Assembly: GCF_006345805.1 (NCBI RefSeq)
Contig: NC_043006.1
Span: 94,178,001 to 94,242,000 of the forward strand
Direction of reading: 5' to 3'
Length of the DNA: 64,000 bases
DNA from: Octopus sinensis
Taxonomy: Eukaryota
Positions 26,224 through 39,666 of this stretch are shown in pieces. The notes under the pieces are model-generated. The model was not told the DNA's origin. It saw only the letters and a program-made list of their open reading frames with translations, and did no database searches. The translations under genes were made by a program, and so were the position numbers. Positions within the stretch are counted from its first letter, which is position 1, and each line of letters starts with the position of its first letter.

Positions 26224-26445
26224 TCGTATCCTTAACGGAAACAGATCCCATAAAATTCAAAAGTTCTCTGGACAAATTTCTCCCGGACCAACCTCCTACA
26301 CCCGCATATGTCTCCAACAATAATAACTCTTTGCTAGAGTGAGCCATGATGCCCTATAAATGACTAAAAGACATCACCAGGTGGTGCTATTAAGTTAGAC
26401 ATGGCCTGGGCCTATACTGGCCAAAACCTATCCAAGTTATCAAGC
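26224..26445 (+). pseudogene. CR1-group LINE 3' fragment
   Basis: Encodes TDPIKFKSSLDKFLPDQPPTPAYVSNNNNSLLE (FK..LD.FL...PDQP....Y.....NSL C-terminal motif) then a 3' UTR ending tatccaagttatcaag. Confidence 0.6.
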
Positions 26446-26865
26446 TTAAGATGCATTATTACAAAATCTATACAGTCAACCAGGCAGGCAGCTAGCTAGC
26501 TTCTCTGCAGTCTGTCCATCCATCCAGGCATCTACCAATCCTACTAAGCTGCTAGCCAGACAAGAGCCCTTCACTATCTCCTACGCAACATCGCATTACT
26601 TACAAGATGTCAGTAATCTCAAGTAATCTCAAGTAAGAAAACATATTTCTATTTAGACAGCTTACCAATTTTTTACGCTCGTTGCCCTTACAAACACTAT
26701 AACTACTTCCTGCTAAAATTAATTTTATATCAACCGACGCTCTTTGCAAAATAAGCAACGAAAAAAACAAAACAAAACAAAATATCAAATGGATGGTCTC
26801 TCAACTTGATAATGCATTTTGTGATATTTTTGTGTAATTGTTGGGTTTGTTTCATTTTATTTGTT

Positions 26866-26902
<37 letters not shown>

Positions 26903-27412
26903 TTTTGGTGTAGTGAATTTCTCAATTTCTTCATTTTCTTTCTTTTTTCTTTTTCTTTTCGCTACTTTCAGCGTCTTTGATGTGTTGGCATTTTAAAATG
27001 GTGGAGGGAGCGGTGTGCGCAAAACCTTGCCAAAGAACAGAAAGACAAAAAGAAAAAATAATAATGAATATGAGGATATGTATCATGTGTTTGTGTGTGT
27101 GTGTGTGTGTGTGTATGTGTGTGTGTGTGTGCGTGCGTGCACGTAGATTTATGTACGGGAATATATGGTTCATATATTAATACAAACGCCCTTATCTTGG
27201 CAGTGCGTTCCATGAGCTAATTCATCCCTACCTACCTACCTACCTACTCACCTATCTACCACCCTACACACATATATACATGTATGTATATATGTGTGTA
27301 TGTATGGATTATGTATGTATGTATGTATGAGTGTGTGTATGTCTACTGCGTATATACATATAGACATACACACATACATATATATGCATGTGTGTGTATG
27401 TGTGTGTGTGTA

Positions 27413-28150
27413 CAGTGTACGGTGAATAAACTGTCATCTAAATTACGCAAAAATAAAAAATAACATTGACATCTCATTTTAAGATATATTTTTTTATCAA
27501 AATTACTTGAAAATATCTTGAATTACAAAACAGTAAACTTATTCTATAAAATCGCCATTGGTTTCAACCATGGCCACCAGGTAACTTCGGAATCTCCTGC
27601 AACTCTTCTGGACGGTCTCCCTCTTTAAGTTAATGAGTGCTGCCATAATCGTTGCCTTCAGTTCATCTTTGGTGTTACAAGGAGTTTTGTTGGTCTCTTG
27701 CTCAACTGTGCCCCACACATAATAATGAATGGGGTTGCAGCCTGGGGAGTTAGATGACAGAGGTGATGTGATCGCAGAAATTGTCTGGTAGCCATGGCTG
27801 GGTTCTCCTGTTTGTGTGGCATAGTGCAGAGTACTGTTGCCAGACATAGGGTCTCCCAGCAGCTACCCTCTTCACCCAGGGCAGCACTATCTCCTCCAGG
27901 CACTTGATGTAGGCCTCTGTGTTGAGTCTGAAGCTGTGTGAGAAGACGAATGGAGGCATACCGTCGCCATCACTAGTGATCTCTCCAAACACCATGATGT
28001 TGAGTGGATGTTTGATTTTTATGGACTCTCGGTACGTGTTTAGGGGACATGGCAAGCCAACGGCTGTTCTGTGTGTTCAGCATCTGATCCTGGCATAATT
28101 TTTTCTCGACTGAGAAAAACCACAGCATATTCTGTTGGAGGGAATGCTTG
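27413..28150 (-). mobile_element. maT/DD37D-like Tc1-mariner transposase pseudogene with one TIR
   Basis: KHPLNIMVFGEI..DG, YVWQQ(Y)SA..H, SP.CNP..YYVWG, NGDFIE; TA-cagtgtacggtgaataaa end; truncated at a (GATA)n tract. Confidence 0.85.
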
Positions 28151-28159
28151 TGATAGATG

Positions 28160-28245
<86 letters not shown>

Positions 28246-28288
28246 GAGAGAGATTGATATATAGATAGGTAGATATATAGATAGATTG

Positions 28289-28323
<35 letters not shown>

Positions 28324-28688
28324 TATATAATAGAGAGAGAGAGAGATACTTAAAGCAGTTAAGCGAGGATTATTTTCCCCTTCATAAACTGCAGCGAAAT
28401 GATTTTATACGTTCAAATATCTCTCAAACATATTAGAAGTGTTCTCAAATTTGTACACACACACACACACACACACCGTACCATACATTAGGCTGCTGTA
28501 ACGCAGAGCCCCCAACCCTTGAAGGGTTTTAGTGTATCGTACCGACTGTATTTTTGAGTCTACAATTATTCTTAAATACTCTACGCCATCTTTGCCTTCG
28601 TTGCAACGGTTCCTTCTTTTTCTTCTTCGTTTCCTTCATCATCGTCGCCATCAACGTTTCGCTGTCGTCGTCATCGTCGTCGTCGTCG

Positions 28689-28720
<32 letters not shown>

Positions 28721-29285
28721 GTCGTCGTCTTCTTCTTCTTCTTCTTCTCTTCTTCTTCCTCTTCTCTCCCCCTCGTCCTCTTCTCACTTGCCTTTGGTAC
28801 TGATGCGCTTTGCATACTAGCATACTAGTGGAATATAGATTCCGTTGCACATAGTCGTAGTAGTAGTAGTAGTAGTATTAGTAGTAGCAGCAGCAGCAGT
28901 AGTGGTATCATTTGTTGCAAAATTCTTGTAGTTTCTATTGTTGCTGCTGCCTCGTGAGATACTGATGTGGTGGACAACTTTGAAGGGCGTGGTACCACCA
29001 TAATTGATGTACTTGTTATAGTTTCAGCTTGGCTATTTCTTTTTTTAAAAAATAGGTAAATATACATAACAGATTGATGGTGAAGTCGCGAAAACATAAG
29101 CCACAAGCATTTACATCCAAGATACACATACAAAACCATACGCACATGCTCGCGCGTATATACACACACACACACACACACACACAATATTTCTATTATA
29201 GTTTGTTGTGTGTTGGTAGGAATAGATACATGTATTTATGAAAAATACGAGGAATTAGTTGTTTCCCGTGAGTGGGCGTTTCTCA

Positions 29286-29380
<95 letters not shown>

Positions 29381-29490
29381 ATGTATATATGTACAGCAAA
29401 ATTTAGATTGAGATGAATATAGTACTTAAGTTAAAGGCACCAGAATTTTGTATGGTATTATCCATATAAATCAAATGGGGTGATTATATG

Positions 29491-29576
29491 GTGGCTGAAG
29501 ATTGCTCGACATTTTAAAACTGATGTAATACTTACAGTGTTTAATAAAATGAAGTAGCATGAAACAATTGTACTAC
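29491..29576 (+). ncRNA. Type-I hammerhead with extended stem II (family C), in an element at about 29395-29612
   Basis: gtgg-CTGAAGA-ttgct-[insert]-agcat-GAAAC-aatt-GTA-ctac; first stem-II pair mismatched. Confidence 0.65.
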
Positions 29577-29633
29577 ACTACCTTGGATATCCTTGTTGCT
29601 TATTTTGATTATGTATATATGTATATTATATAT

Positions 29634-29703
<70 letters not shown>

Positions 29704-29907
29704 AATATAACACACTTAATTTCATATATATATATATATATGAAATTATGTGTGTTATATATACACCAAATACTTAACATTTGTGCACGCACCCTTATAT
29801 ATAATTTAAAACAATAAGTGTTTGTCTGTCAATCTATCTATCTATCTGTGTTTGTTTGTGTGTGTATGTAGACCTTCCTACATACATATCGAGGCCTATC
29901 ATATACT

Positions 29908-29960
<53 letters not shown>

Positions 29961-30593
29961 CCGTGTGTATATTGCGTAGGAAAGGTATTTTCGGGCGCCT
30001 GATGAGCATTTTTATGTAATTATGACACCACTGCAAGAAGCGATTAGTTGCCTGTTGCATACAACAACTGATTACATTCCATTATACCCTACCATATCGG
30101 TAGTGAGTGCCGTCATATTTCATGCACATTAACCTCATACCCGTTAATACTCACCCACACATGCACATGTATACTCTGGGGAAAATGCATCGAAACTCTT
30201 AAGTAATTAAATTCGGATCGCACCGTTTGCATCTGTTTTAACAACTATGTAACATTTTGCTAATCAGGTCCTATTTACTAATTTTGCTAATCAGGTCCTA
30301 TTTACATAGGGTGCTTAAAGGGTTATTTGCACTTTATTTACTCTTTATTTTCCTTCGTTATTTATGTGTGTGTGTGTATGTGTGTTTATCTGTGTGTGTG
30401 TATGTAAATAAATAATGAAGAAACGGAACAAGAACGTAACGGACGACAATAAAAACCATTCAGACAGAATGACAATACAAAGACGGGCAGGAACACCAGG
30501 ACGGAACATTCTTGGCTTTCTATTCATCAGTCAAGCATCCAATCATCATTACAGTTTCGGCCTGTTATTTGAGACTATATGTATCAAACACAC

Positions 30594-30635
<42 letters not shown>

Positions 30636-30662
30636 AAACACACCCATATATATATATATATA

Positions 30663-30696
<34 letters not shown>

Positions 30697-30717
30697 GCAT
30701 CTGTGCGTATATACGTG

Positions 30718-30814
<97 letters not shown>

Positions 30815-31056
30815 TATATATATAGTTAATCCAAACAAGAAAACACAAAAAAACACAACAACGCGAGGACGTGGAACAAATATAGTATTATTGGACGCTC
30901 AGGAAAGAAGGGAAGAAGGAGGGTGTAACGTTTCGAGCGGAGCTCTTCGTCGGAAACATAGGAGAAGGAAATATCCCGAGAAGGGAAGACAGAGGAAAAA
31001 AATCGACAACGGTATATATATACTCAAAAATAAGCAACAAGAATGATTCCGGTCAT

Positions 31057-31142
31057 TTGGTACAATTGTTTCATACTACAACATTTTATTAAACGCTGTA
31101 AATATTACAGCAGATTTAAGATGCTGAGTATTCTTCAGCCAA
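31057..31142 (-). ncRNA. Type-I hammerhead with extended stem II (family C), at the 3' end of an element at about 31020-31750
   Basis: Minus: ttgg-CTGAAGA-atact-[...gctgtaa(tat)ttacagc...]-agtat-GAAAC-aatt-GTA-ccaa. Confidence 0.8.
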
Positions 31143-32563
31143 TTTATATAGGTTTTCCAATAATATAAAAGCTTTCAAATCAAGTAGTAACATTTTAGGG
31201 AAGGTAAATATACAGATAAAGATGTAGATATAAATTTAGGGACATATGCGGTTGTGTAGTTCAGATGCTGACTGACCAAAACTCTGCTTGCAACAGACTG
31301 CTATAAGAATTTTTTAGTTTTAGGAATGAGGGTAAGGGAAGGTTTTAGAATACCATAAAAGGAATTCAAGTTGGTTGTAGAAAGAGGAGGAATTCAGAAT
31401 GCCATAAAAGAATTCAGGTTGTCACTAAACAAAAAGCCAATTTTTTTATGTGGTGAGAAGAAAACTAGGTCAAGTGTCGAGAGGTCATTAAATTCTTTAC
31501 AAAGGGTAAGGGAAACAAAACTATCACTTATTTTTAGTAGGTATCGTATTTTATAACTGGGAGAATAGCTTTAAATTTTAAAACTAGATTAGATTTAGGG
31601 AAAGTTCCAAATTCAAGATTACAGTGAAGTTTTTCTAGTCATCTATGAAAAACTGGAATTGGGATTATCTTGCATACATTCCACAACTCGAACTTTTAAA
31701 TACTTTAAATAAAAAAATTTTTTAGTATTCCTATATTTTTCAAACTTTAACTTTTTAATATAATAATAATATGAAATATACTATATTAACCTTTAACATT
31801 CCCGGAAGGGAATAGGTGAAGAAAAAGTTCTTTCAAAGATAGGAGAATGCAAGAGGAGGTATGTGTGTGTGTAAGTGTGTATATGTGCGTGCGCGCAGGT
31901 CTGCGTGTGCGTGTGTGTGTATGTGTGCAATGATAACACGTGTGTGTGTGCGTGTGTGTGTGTGGTTGTGGCTGTTAATCTATGTGTGTGGTAGGGCTTA
32001 GTATTGTTTAAGGTCAAGGAAGAATGGATTAGGAGTGGCTCTTGTCTCTAAACCACCCATGTGGAAAAATGGTCAATGAAAGGTACTGATAGTTTGAAGT
32101 ATGTGTGTGTGTGCGTGTATGCATATGTATTGTGTGTGCGTTTTGTTTGTAGTGTGTGTGTGTGTGTGTGTGTGTATGCGTGTATTCGTGTGTGTATGCG
32201 TGTATTCGTGTGTGTATGCGTAGAGTTTGTGTGTGTGGCGAATAACTGCGCTATACTTTGTGTATGTGTGCGTGTGTTTGTATGTGCGTATACATATATG
32301 TATAATTGTGTGCGTGTATGTATGAGTGTGTGCCGTGTGTATGGGATGTATGTGTGGGTTCATTTGTGTGTGTGTGTCGTATGTGCGTGTAGTTGTGTGT
32401 GCGTGTATGTGTGCGTGTGTATGTGTGCGTGTGTATGCGTATGTGGGTGTACATACGTGTGTATATATATATATATATACACTCATTGCTATTTTCACCG
32501 TTTGAGAAGAGTATTAAGAATAATCTCGTTCGAGATTACAAACATCTTCGGCTAGTTTAACAT

Positions 32564-33565
32564 TGTTGTAAACACTAATTCGATTGGCTGACACGTGGTC
32601 TCTACTACGTTCGCACCGCTGGTTGTCACGTGACGCGATTTGCCTCCGCTTATTTTCGCGCCATTGTTCCAAGCAGCCAATCACAGCTTTCCATTTCTGA
32701 GGTCCATTTTGAACCACATAAACCTTATATAAAGGGTTCTCAGACAAATATTCGTCTTTGGTTCAAGTCCTTCTCAGGGCGAACCTCTGACCACAGAGTT
32801 CGTCTTTGGTTCTAGTTCTTCTCAGAACGGACCTCTGACCACACAGAGCATACTCGACCATGTTCCAGTTCGAAAGGCAGGCGACCACCATTATATCAAG
32901 AGAAAAATAACCAAGCAGAATATATGATGAAGACGCAGCAAAAAACCAAGCGACAGACACAACTCATCGCCAAACATCGAAGATTTAATTTGTACACAAG
33001 ACAACCACCGATTCAACTCTAGCGGTTAGGTGAAAATCTCACCACGGGAAAATCGGCTACAGTTAATATATCTGGAGGTATATTCATATCAAGAGAAAGA
33101 TAAAACACAAGTGATTCAATTAATCTCAACTACGAGACGCAACATCTTGATATGGAACTCTTACCCTCCGTGTACCTCATAAACGGTAAATCAATTATCT
33201 TTCTTGAGTTCTAGTTCTTCTAAGAACTACCTTAAGCCATCTGCTACTACCTGTTGCTAGGCTGATACCAACAACATGAACTGTGAACCAAATTCCATTG
33301 TTATTCCTCTGGTCAGTACCTTTTATGCTTCACGAACACACAGACACAAAAACATGCTAACACTTACAAACTTCCAACCAACATGATTGTAAAATATGTA
33401 AAATAAATAATGTATATATCTCAAAAAGAAATCTTGTTGTCATTCCACTTGTGTTCTATTGCCGCTGCATGTATTATCTGGTCAGTAATAAATCATTAAG
33501 AATATGACCGCGTGCGACCGTGTCTCTTGTACGATACGACCGCATGTGATCCTATTTTTATAATA
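32564..33565 (+). mobile_element. Putative solo LTR (about 1 kb)
   Basis: Starts tgttgtaaa and ends tttataata (decayed tttacaaca); CCAAT 32677, TATATAAA 32726, 48-bp tandem repeat 32751-32848, AATAAA 33402; no clear TSD. Confidence 0.4.
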
Positions 33566-34074
33566 TATACAGAAAATCGCCAAGAAATTTCTGAAAAGCT
33601 GCGAAGGCTATTATAAATAAAACTCAAAAAAGCCTTGAATGTCTTTCTGAATGACTGAGTATTGACTTGAGGAAATTTAAAGTGAAATATATTAAACAGG
33701 AAGAATCTTTTGCGAATGTAGTAATTATAAACATTGAAAATAATGGATTTTACGAAATTTAAAAATTAACTGCGATTTTTGATTCGGAACAAAAGAATAA
33801 AATAAAATCAAATCATTATCTGAATAACTTTTGAATGAAAACGTAACAAGACATATTTAAAGAAAAACCATCTGAAATACAAAGAAGGGAAAAACAGAAT
33901 TCTAGAAAAAATTATACACACAGTTTTTTCTCGAAAACCCGTACACACAGTTTTATATATCAGCACGCACCGCACACAAATATATGCAGAAAGCGAATTT
34001 AAATCATACTTTCTTCTTCACCAACCATTGTATCCTTACATCTTTTGTACATTTAACTGTATTTTTTTGTATAG

Positions 34075-37000
34075 CAGGTCACTTTCGAGTGCTACTGGTA
34101 ACATGTAACCCAGAACAACCTGTTGCATGGTCGGGTTGTCGGCGACTAAACCGGTAACCCCACCAAGCTTGCTTGGTGAGGAGGGTGTTTATTGGACACC
34201 CTGCGGGATGAAAAACAAAACCCGTCAAAGGGCGGAGGAACTCTTGAGAGTCAACGGCCATCCAATAAATGTGTTTTTTTCTTCTTCTTAAGGCTTAAGG
34301 CTGTATCATGCGCGGGGACATAGAAATAATCGGACTGAATACCCGATCGCGCGGTTAAACCATTGTGAGTGAAGGACTCCTAGCCTTTGTTAGGGCAACC
34401 TTCTAGGAGAAGGTAACTGGGATAACTCTGACATAAAACTTGCGGCTCAGTGGTTACCGATGATGTTGACTTGTTCTTCTTTTCGGATTATGGCTGCTGT
34501 TGCTTAGTGAGTGGGATTGACTCAGTGCACAGCCTTTCCTCACTTTAAAAAAAATCTTTTCGCACAGGTATTGCATGATAACTACATTGGATTGATTAAA
34601 GTGATTAACTAATTCATGACTGTTGATAGTGCTGTGACTCTCAGCTGAATGGCTGACTGTAGCCTTAAAAAGCAAAAATCAATGATGTACCAAAACAGTA
34701 TAAAAATAAATGGCAAAAAGAATCTGGAACGACAGAACCACATCGCTGAAAGAGTCTGGCCCCAGGGGCTCCAGAGCATCACAATCTGAACCCGGCCGTC
34801 ATCATGCTACCTGTGATAGAACCAAAGAAATAATGAATATTGACTGTTGGAATGTACGGACACTGCTTGACCACAATCCTCTGATGTCCTGAAAGAAGGA
34901 CTGCGCTTGTTGCGAAGGAGCTTCAATGCTATGATCTGACATCATTGCTTTATCTAAGACGAGATTACCTGGAGATGGTCATCTTACAGAATCTTGTGGA
35001 AAATATATATTCTTCTGGAAAGGGAGAGATGAAGAGCTTAGAGGAGAAGCTGGAGTGGCATTTGCTGTTAAAACTACTCTTGTGGACAAGTTGGAAGAAT
35101 TCCCAATCGGAATTAACGAGCGTCTTATGTCCATGAGAATTCCTTTGGCTAAAGGAAATTATATGACCTTGGTGAGTGTGTATGCTCCAACTATGTGCTA
35201 TACTGATGACGAAAAACTTTCTTTCTACCATGCTTTGAAGGGCATTATAAGAAATATCCCTCGGGCAGACAAAGTCATTGTACTGGGTGACTTTAATGCT
35301 AGAGTGGGTAGGGATTTTAACACATGGACTGTAATTGGAAAGCATGGGGTGGGGAAATGTAATAGTAATGGCATGCTTTTGCTTCAGATGTGTGAGGAGT
35401 TGAGTCTGTGTGTTACCAATACCATGTTTCAACAAAAGAATAAGTTTAAGACTACATGGATGCACTCTGCATCTAAAGAATGGCATATTCTGGATTACAT
35501 CCTAGTTAGGGTGCGTGACAGACCAGGATGTGCAGTGTGTTCGTGTTCTTCGTGGAGCTGAGTGTTGACTGGCCACCGCCTAGTACGTGCAAAAGTGAAA
35601 ATTAGTCACAAACATAAAATCCGAGCTGCAGGGATGACCCTGCCTAAAAGACTGAATGTGATCGTCTTAGGTATAATAGTGGTGAAGAGAACTTTACGAG
35701 AGGAAATGAATGCTGCGATATTGGGGAGGATTGGCCGACCCTTAAAAAGTCAGTTTATGATATAGGCAAAAAAGTTCTGGGATTGATACAAAGAAAGCAT
35801 CAAGATTGGTTTAAAGAAAAAATGATGAACATATAGATGATTTATTGGCTGATAAAGACTACTTTGTCACGCTTTTGTCAGTAGTCACAGGAAAGGGAAG
35901 TGCTGCATAGGGAACTCAAGGACGTAAAATCACGTGTGAGGCAAAAGCTCTCTCATATGAGGAATACGTGGTGGAGTAAGAAGGCTGACGAGATACAGGC
36001 GGCATCAGATTCCAATAACACAAACTGTTGTATGGTCCTCTTGCGAGAAGTTTATGGACCGACATCTTCCCTGATGACACCATTCGAAGCAGGGATGGTA
36101 AAGAACCTCTTCGTGATTCACAAGGAATTCTGCAAAGGTGGCAAGAACACTTTGATGAACTTTTGAATCAGCAGTCTGTAGATAGTGAGGATTTTCTCAA
36201 TCTCATCCCTGGATTACCTGTGAAGGTCAGCACTCGCAGAACCACCAAAGTTGGAGAAGTTGCAATGGCTGTCTCAAGGTTGAATAATGGGGAAGTCTCC
36301 AGGTATGGATGGCATACATGCGGAGGTTGTTACAGCATGGTGGTGAGAAACTTCTGCAGAAACTTCACTCTTTGTTGGTAAGATATGGACTAGTGATCTG
36401 TACCTGAGGACGGAGAGTATGCAGTAATGGTGGTCCTGTATAAGGGAAAGGGCAACAGGAATGATTGTGTTAATTATAGGGGTGTATCATTGCGTCTGCT
36501 GTAGGAAAGGTTTATGCCGGATCTTCTGGATTGTCTGCTGAAATACATTGCAGATTGTGTTCTTCCAGAAAGTCGATCTGGCTTTCGTGTGGGACGGTGG
36601 CACTGCTGATTGATCTTTTCGCTTGACAGCTTCAGGAGAAGTGTGTGGAGCAGGGTCTGGATTTGTATCACGTTTTTGTCGATCTGACAAAAGCCTTTGA
36701 TACCGTCAATAGAAAAGCATTGTGGAAGTCCTCCAGAAACTTGGGTGTCCTGAAAAGTTCCTTGCTTTGGTTTAGGTCTTTCATGAAGACATGAATGGTA
36801 GGGTGAATGTTAGAGGGAAATGTCGGAGCTCATTTCAATCAAAATGGAATGAAACAGGGGATATTCTGGCACCGACCCTATTTTTCATATATTTCGCGAT
36901 GGTGTTCTGTATTGCATCAGAAATGCAGATACGGTGTTTACGTCCCTTATCGAACCTCTGGCAGCATATTTAATATCAAGCGCCTTGCTGCAAAAACAAA

Positions 37001-37975
37001 GATATTTACCTCTATCATAGAGACCTTTTGTATGCTGATGATTGTGAGCTAGTAGCACACACAGAGATTGATATGCAACACATTTGAATGCATTCTCTGA
37101 TGCTTGCACTGCCTTAGGATTGACAGTCAATCTCAAGAAAACTGTTGGTCATGCATCAACCTGCCCCTGGTAAGCAGTATAGTGTACCAAATCTATGTGA
37201 ATGGTAAACGACTTGATGTAGTCGATCAGTTTGTCTACCTGGGAAGCACTATTAATAGATGGCAATGTGGATGATGAAGTTCCATATAGAATTAGGAAAG
37301 CAAGTGTTGCTTTCGGAGGCTAGAAAAGCGCTTCTGGAGTCGGCAAGACATATCAGAAAGACAAAGATAAAGGTGTACAAGGCATTGTGCTCCCTTCTCT
37401 TCTCTTGCCTGCGAGACGTGGGTCACATATCGATACCACCTTAAACATCTGGAACATTTCCATCAGATGTGCCTCAGATGGATCTATAGCATTAAGTGGA
37501 AGGACCGCATCAGTGATCTTGAAATACTCGAAGGCTCTCGGTGTGTAAGTATAGAAGCTCTTGTGTTAAAGCAAAGGCTCAGATAGAGTGGTCATCTGGT
37601 CAGAATGAAGGATTCAAGGATGCCAAAACAAATCTTTTATGGGGTGTTAGCTAAAGGAGAACGATCTCCACATAAACCAAAAAAAAGAGGTATAAGGACT
37701 TGCTGAAGGCTTCCTTAAGAGATGCTTGCATCTCTCCTGACACATGGGAAGGCATAGCTATTGATCGTAGCAGGTGGAGAAGGATTGTGCATGAGGGGAC
37801 AGCCACATTTGAGAAATCTCGAGTTGCACATGAGAAAGTAAGGAGGGATGTCAGGAAGGGCATCGCTGTTAAACTTCCAGAAGGGAAGGGTCTTCCTTTG
37901 ATTCTGACATGCAATGTCTGTGCAAGACCATGCCTCAGTAAAGGTGGACTCATGAGTCATCTTCGTAGTCATAAA
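34075..37975 (+). mobile_element. Near full-length RTE-clade LINE, frameshifted (5' UTR, APE, RT, C-terminal C2H2 finger)
   Basis: WNVRTL, VSVYAPT, LGDFNARVG, TWMH..SK.WH.LDYILVR (APE); FVDLTKAFDTVNR, LYADD, YLGS (RT); CNVCARPCLSKGGLMSHLRSH. Confidence 0.95.
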
Positions 37976-38089
37976 ACGAGACAGATTTCAATAGGTTCAG
38001 CTAATTTTCTGCTATGTAAACAAACCAACACCGGTTCTCAAGAACTTGGATGGGGGGAAAACTACAAACACAGACACACGCACACATAC

Positions 38090-38262
38090 ATACATATGTA
38101 GAAATACGACGGAATTCCACACAGTTTCCGTTTACCAAATCCATTCTCAAGTCGGTCAAACTCAGGAATGTAGTAGAAAATACTTGTCTGAGGTGCCTCG
38201 CAGTGGAACCGAACTCGAAATCACATGGTTGCAAAGCGAGGTTCTTAACTACACAGCCATGT
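38090..38262 (-). mobile_element. tRNA/CORE-type SINE head
   Basis: Minus: atggctgtgtagttaagaa...ttcgagttcggttccactgcgaggcacc...gatttggtaaacggaaactg. Confidence 0.7.
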
Positions 38263-38772
38263 GATGTCTGGGTATTCCATCAAAGCATCACAGCGTTTCT
38301 TGTATTTGTTTAATCCTTCCTCCCGAACATAAAAATCCTCCCTTCTTTGCAGCTCTCTCTCTCTCGCATGAGATTCAAAGATAAGAGACAGGAAAGCCAA
38401 GGTGTCTCTTTACTGTTTTTATAAATACAGACAAGCTAAAACTGAATGGTGCTGGTGTTGTTGATGTTGTTGCTGTTGTTGTTGGTGTTGGCGGTGGGGG
38501 TGGCTTGTGGTGACGATGACGATGATGATGATGGAAGAAGCGATACTTGTGGTAAGTGATATTGATGCAAAACCATAGTGGTAATGGTGGTGGTATTGGT
38601 GGTGATAGTGATGCTACAGCATGCTGAAAGTATTCTTGTAGTGGTGGCGGCGAGGTTTTGGTTGTAGCGGTAGCGCCGATGTCTGTGGTGTACTTTACGG
38701 TGATGTAATAGATATTGGTAGAGGAGTTTCATGTGCAAATGCAGATGATGATATCGGTACTGCTGTTCATAC

Positions 38773-39191
38773 AGGCAGCGAGCTGGCAGAAACGTTAGAA
38801 CGCCGGGCGAAATGCTTAGCGGTATTTCGTCTGCCGTTACGTTGAGAGTTCAAATTCCGCCGAAGTCGACTTTGCCTTTCATCCTTTCGGGGTCGATAAA
38901 TTAAGTACCAGTTACGCACTGGGGGCGATATAATCGACTTAATCCGTCTGTCTGTCTTTGTTTGTCCCCTCTGTGTTTAGCCCCTTGTGGGTAGTAAAGA
39001 AGCAGGTATTTCGTCTGCCGTTGCGTTCTGAGTTCAAATTCCGCCGAGGTCGACTTTGCCTTTCATCCTTTCGGGGTCGATAAATTAATTACCAGTTACG
39101 CAATGGGGTCGATGTAATCGACTTAATCCGTTTGCCTGTCCTTGTTTGTCCCCTCTGTATTTAGCCCCTTGTGTGGGTAGTAAAGAAATAG
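38773..39191 (+). mobile_element. Deu/Nin-type SINE with tandem duplication of its 3' ~185 bp
   Basis: ggtatttcgtctgccgtt...ttagccccttgtgggtagtaaaga occurs at 38821-39001 and again at 39005-39190. Confidence 0.9.
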
Positions 39192-39346
39192 GTACTGTTG
39201 TTCATATTCTTGTTGCTGTTGTTGCTCGTGGTGGTGGTGGTGTGGTGGCGGTTCTCGAACTAGAAGGGCTACTTCCCTTTAAGACAGAAATTAAAATATT
39301 TCACAATAGATGATATCCTCAAAAGAAAATTTGGGGCACCTACCTA

Positions 39347-39403
<57 letters not shown>

Positions 39404-39622
39404 TTCTCACCCTCTCTCTCTATATAAGTGTGTGTGTGTGTGGGGGAGGCAATAAGCATAAAGTTTAGATTTTGTGTAGTAAACATTTTTTTTGCCGATG
39501 ACACTCCCCGGACCCTAAGTAAGGCAAGTGTAAAATTTGAATGAAATTGGTTGTGTAGTTCTCAAGTTTTAGGGAAACACACAGACAGACATACATTCTC
39601 AGTTTTTTATATATATATTTAT

Positions 39623-39666
<44 letters not shown>

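Noticed and set aside
30253-30325. piggyBac-like end (aaagggtta) with a short tandem duplication
   Set aside because: No matching second terminus or TTAA TSD found.
30520-30565. Type-II hammerhead reading (minus GAAAC...CTGATGA; related copies near 24175 and 40790)
   Set aside because: Stems I and II do not pair convincingly and the core differs among the three copies.
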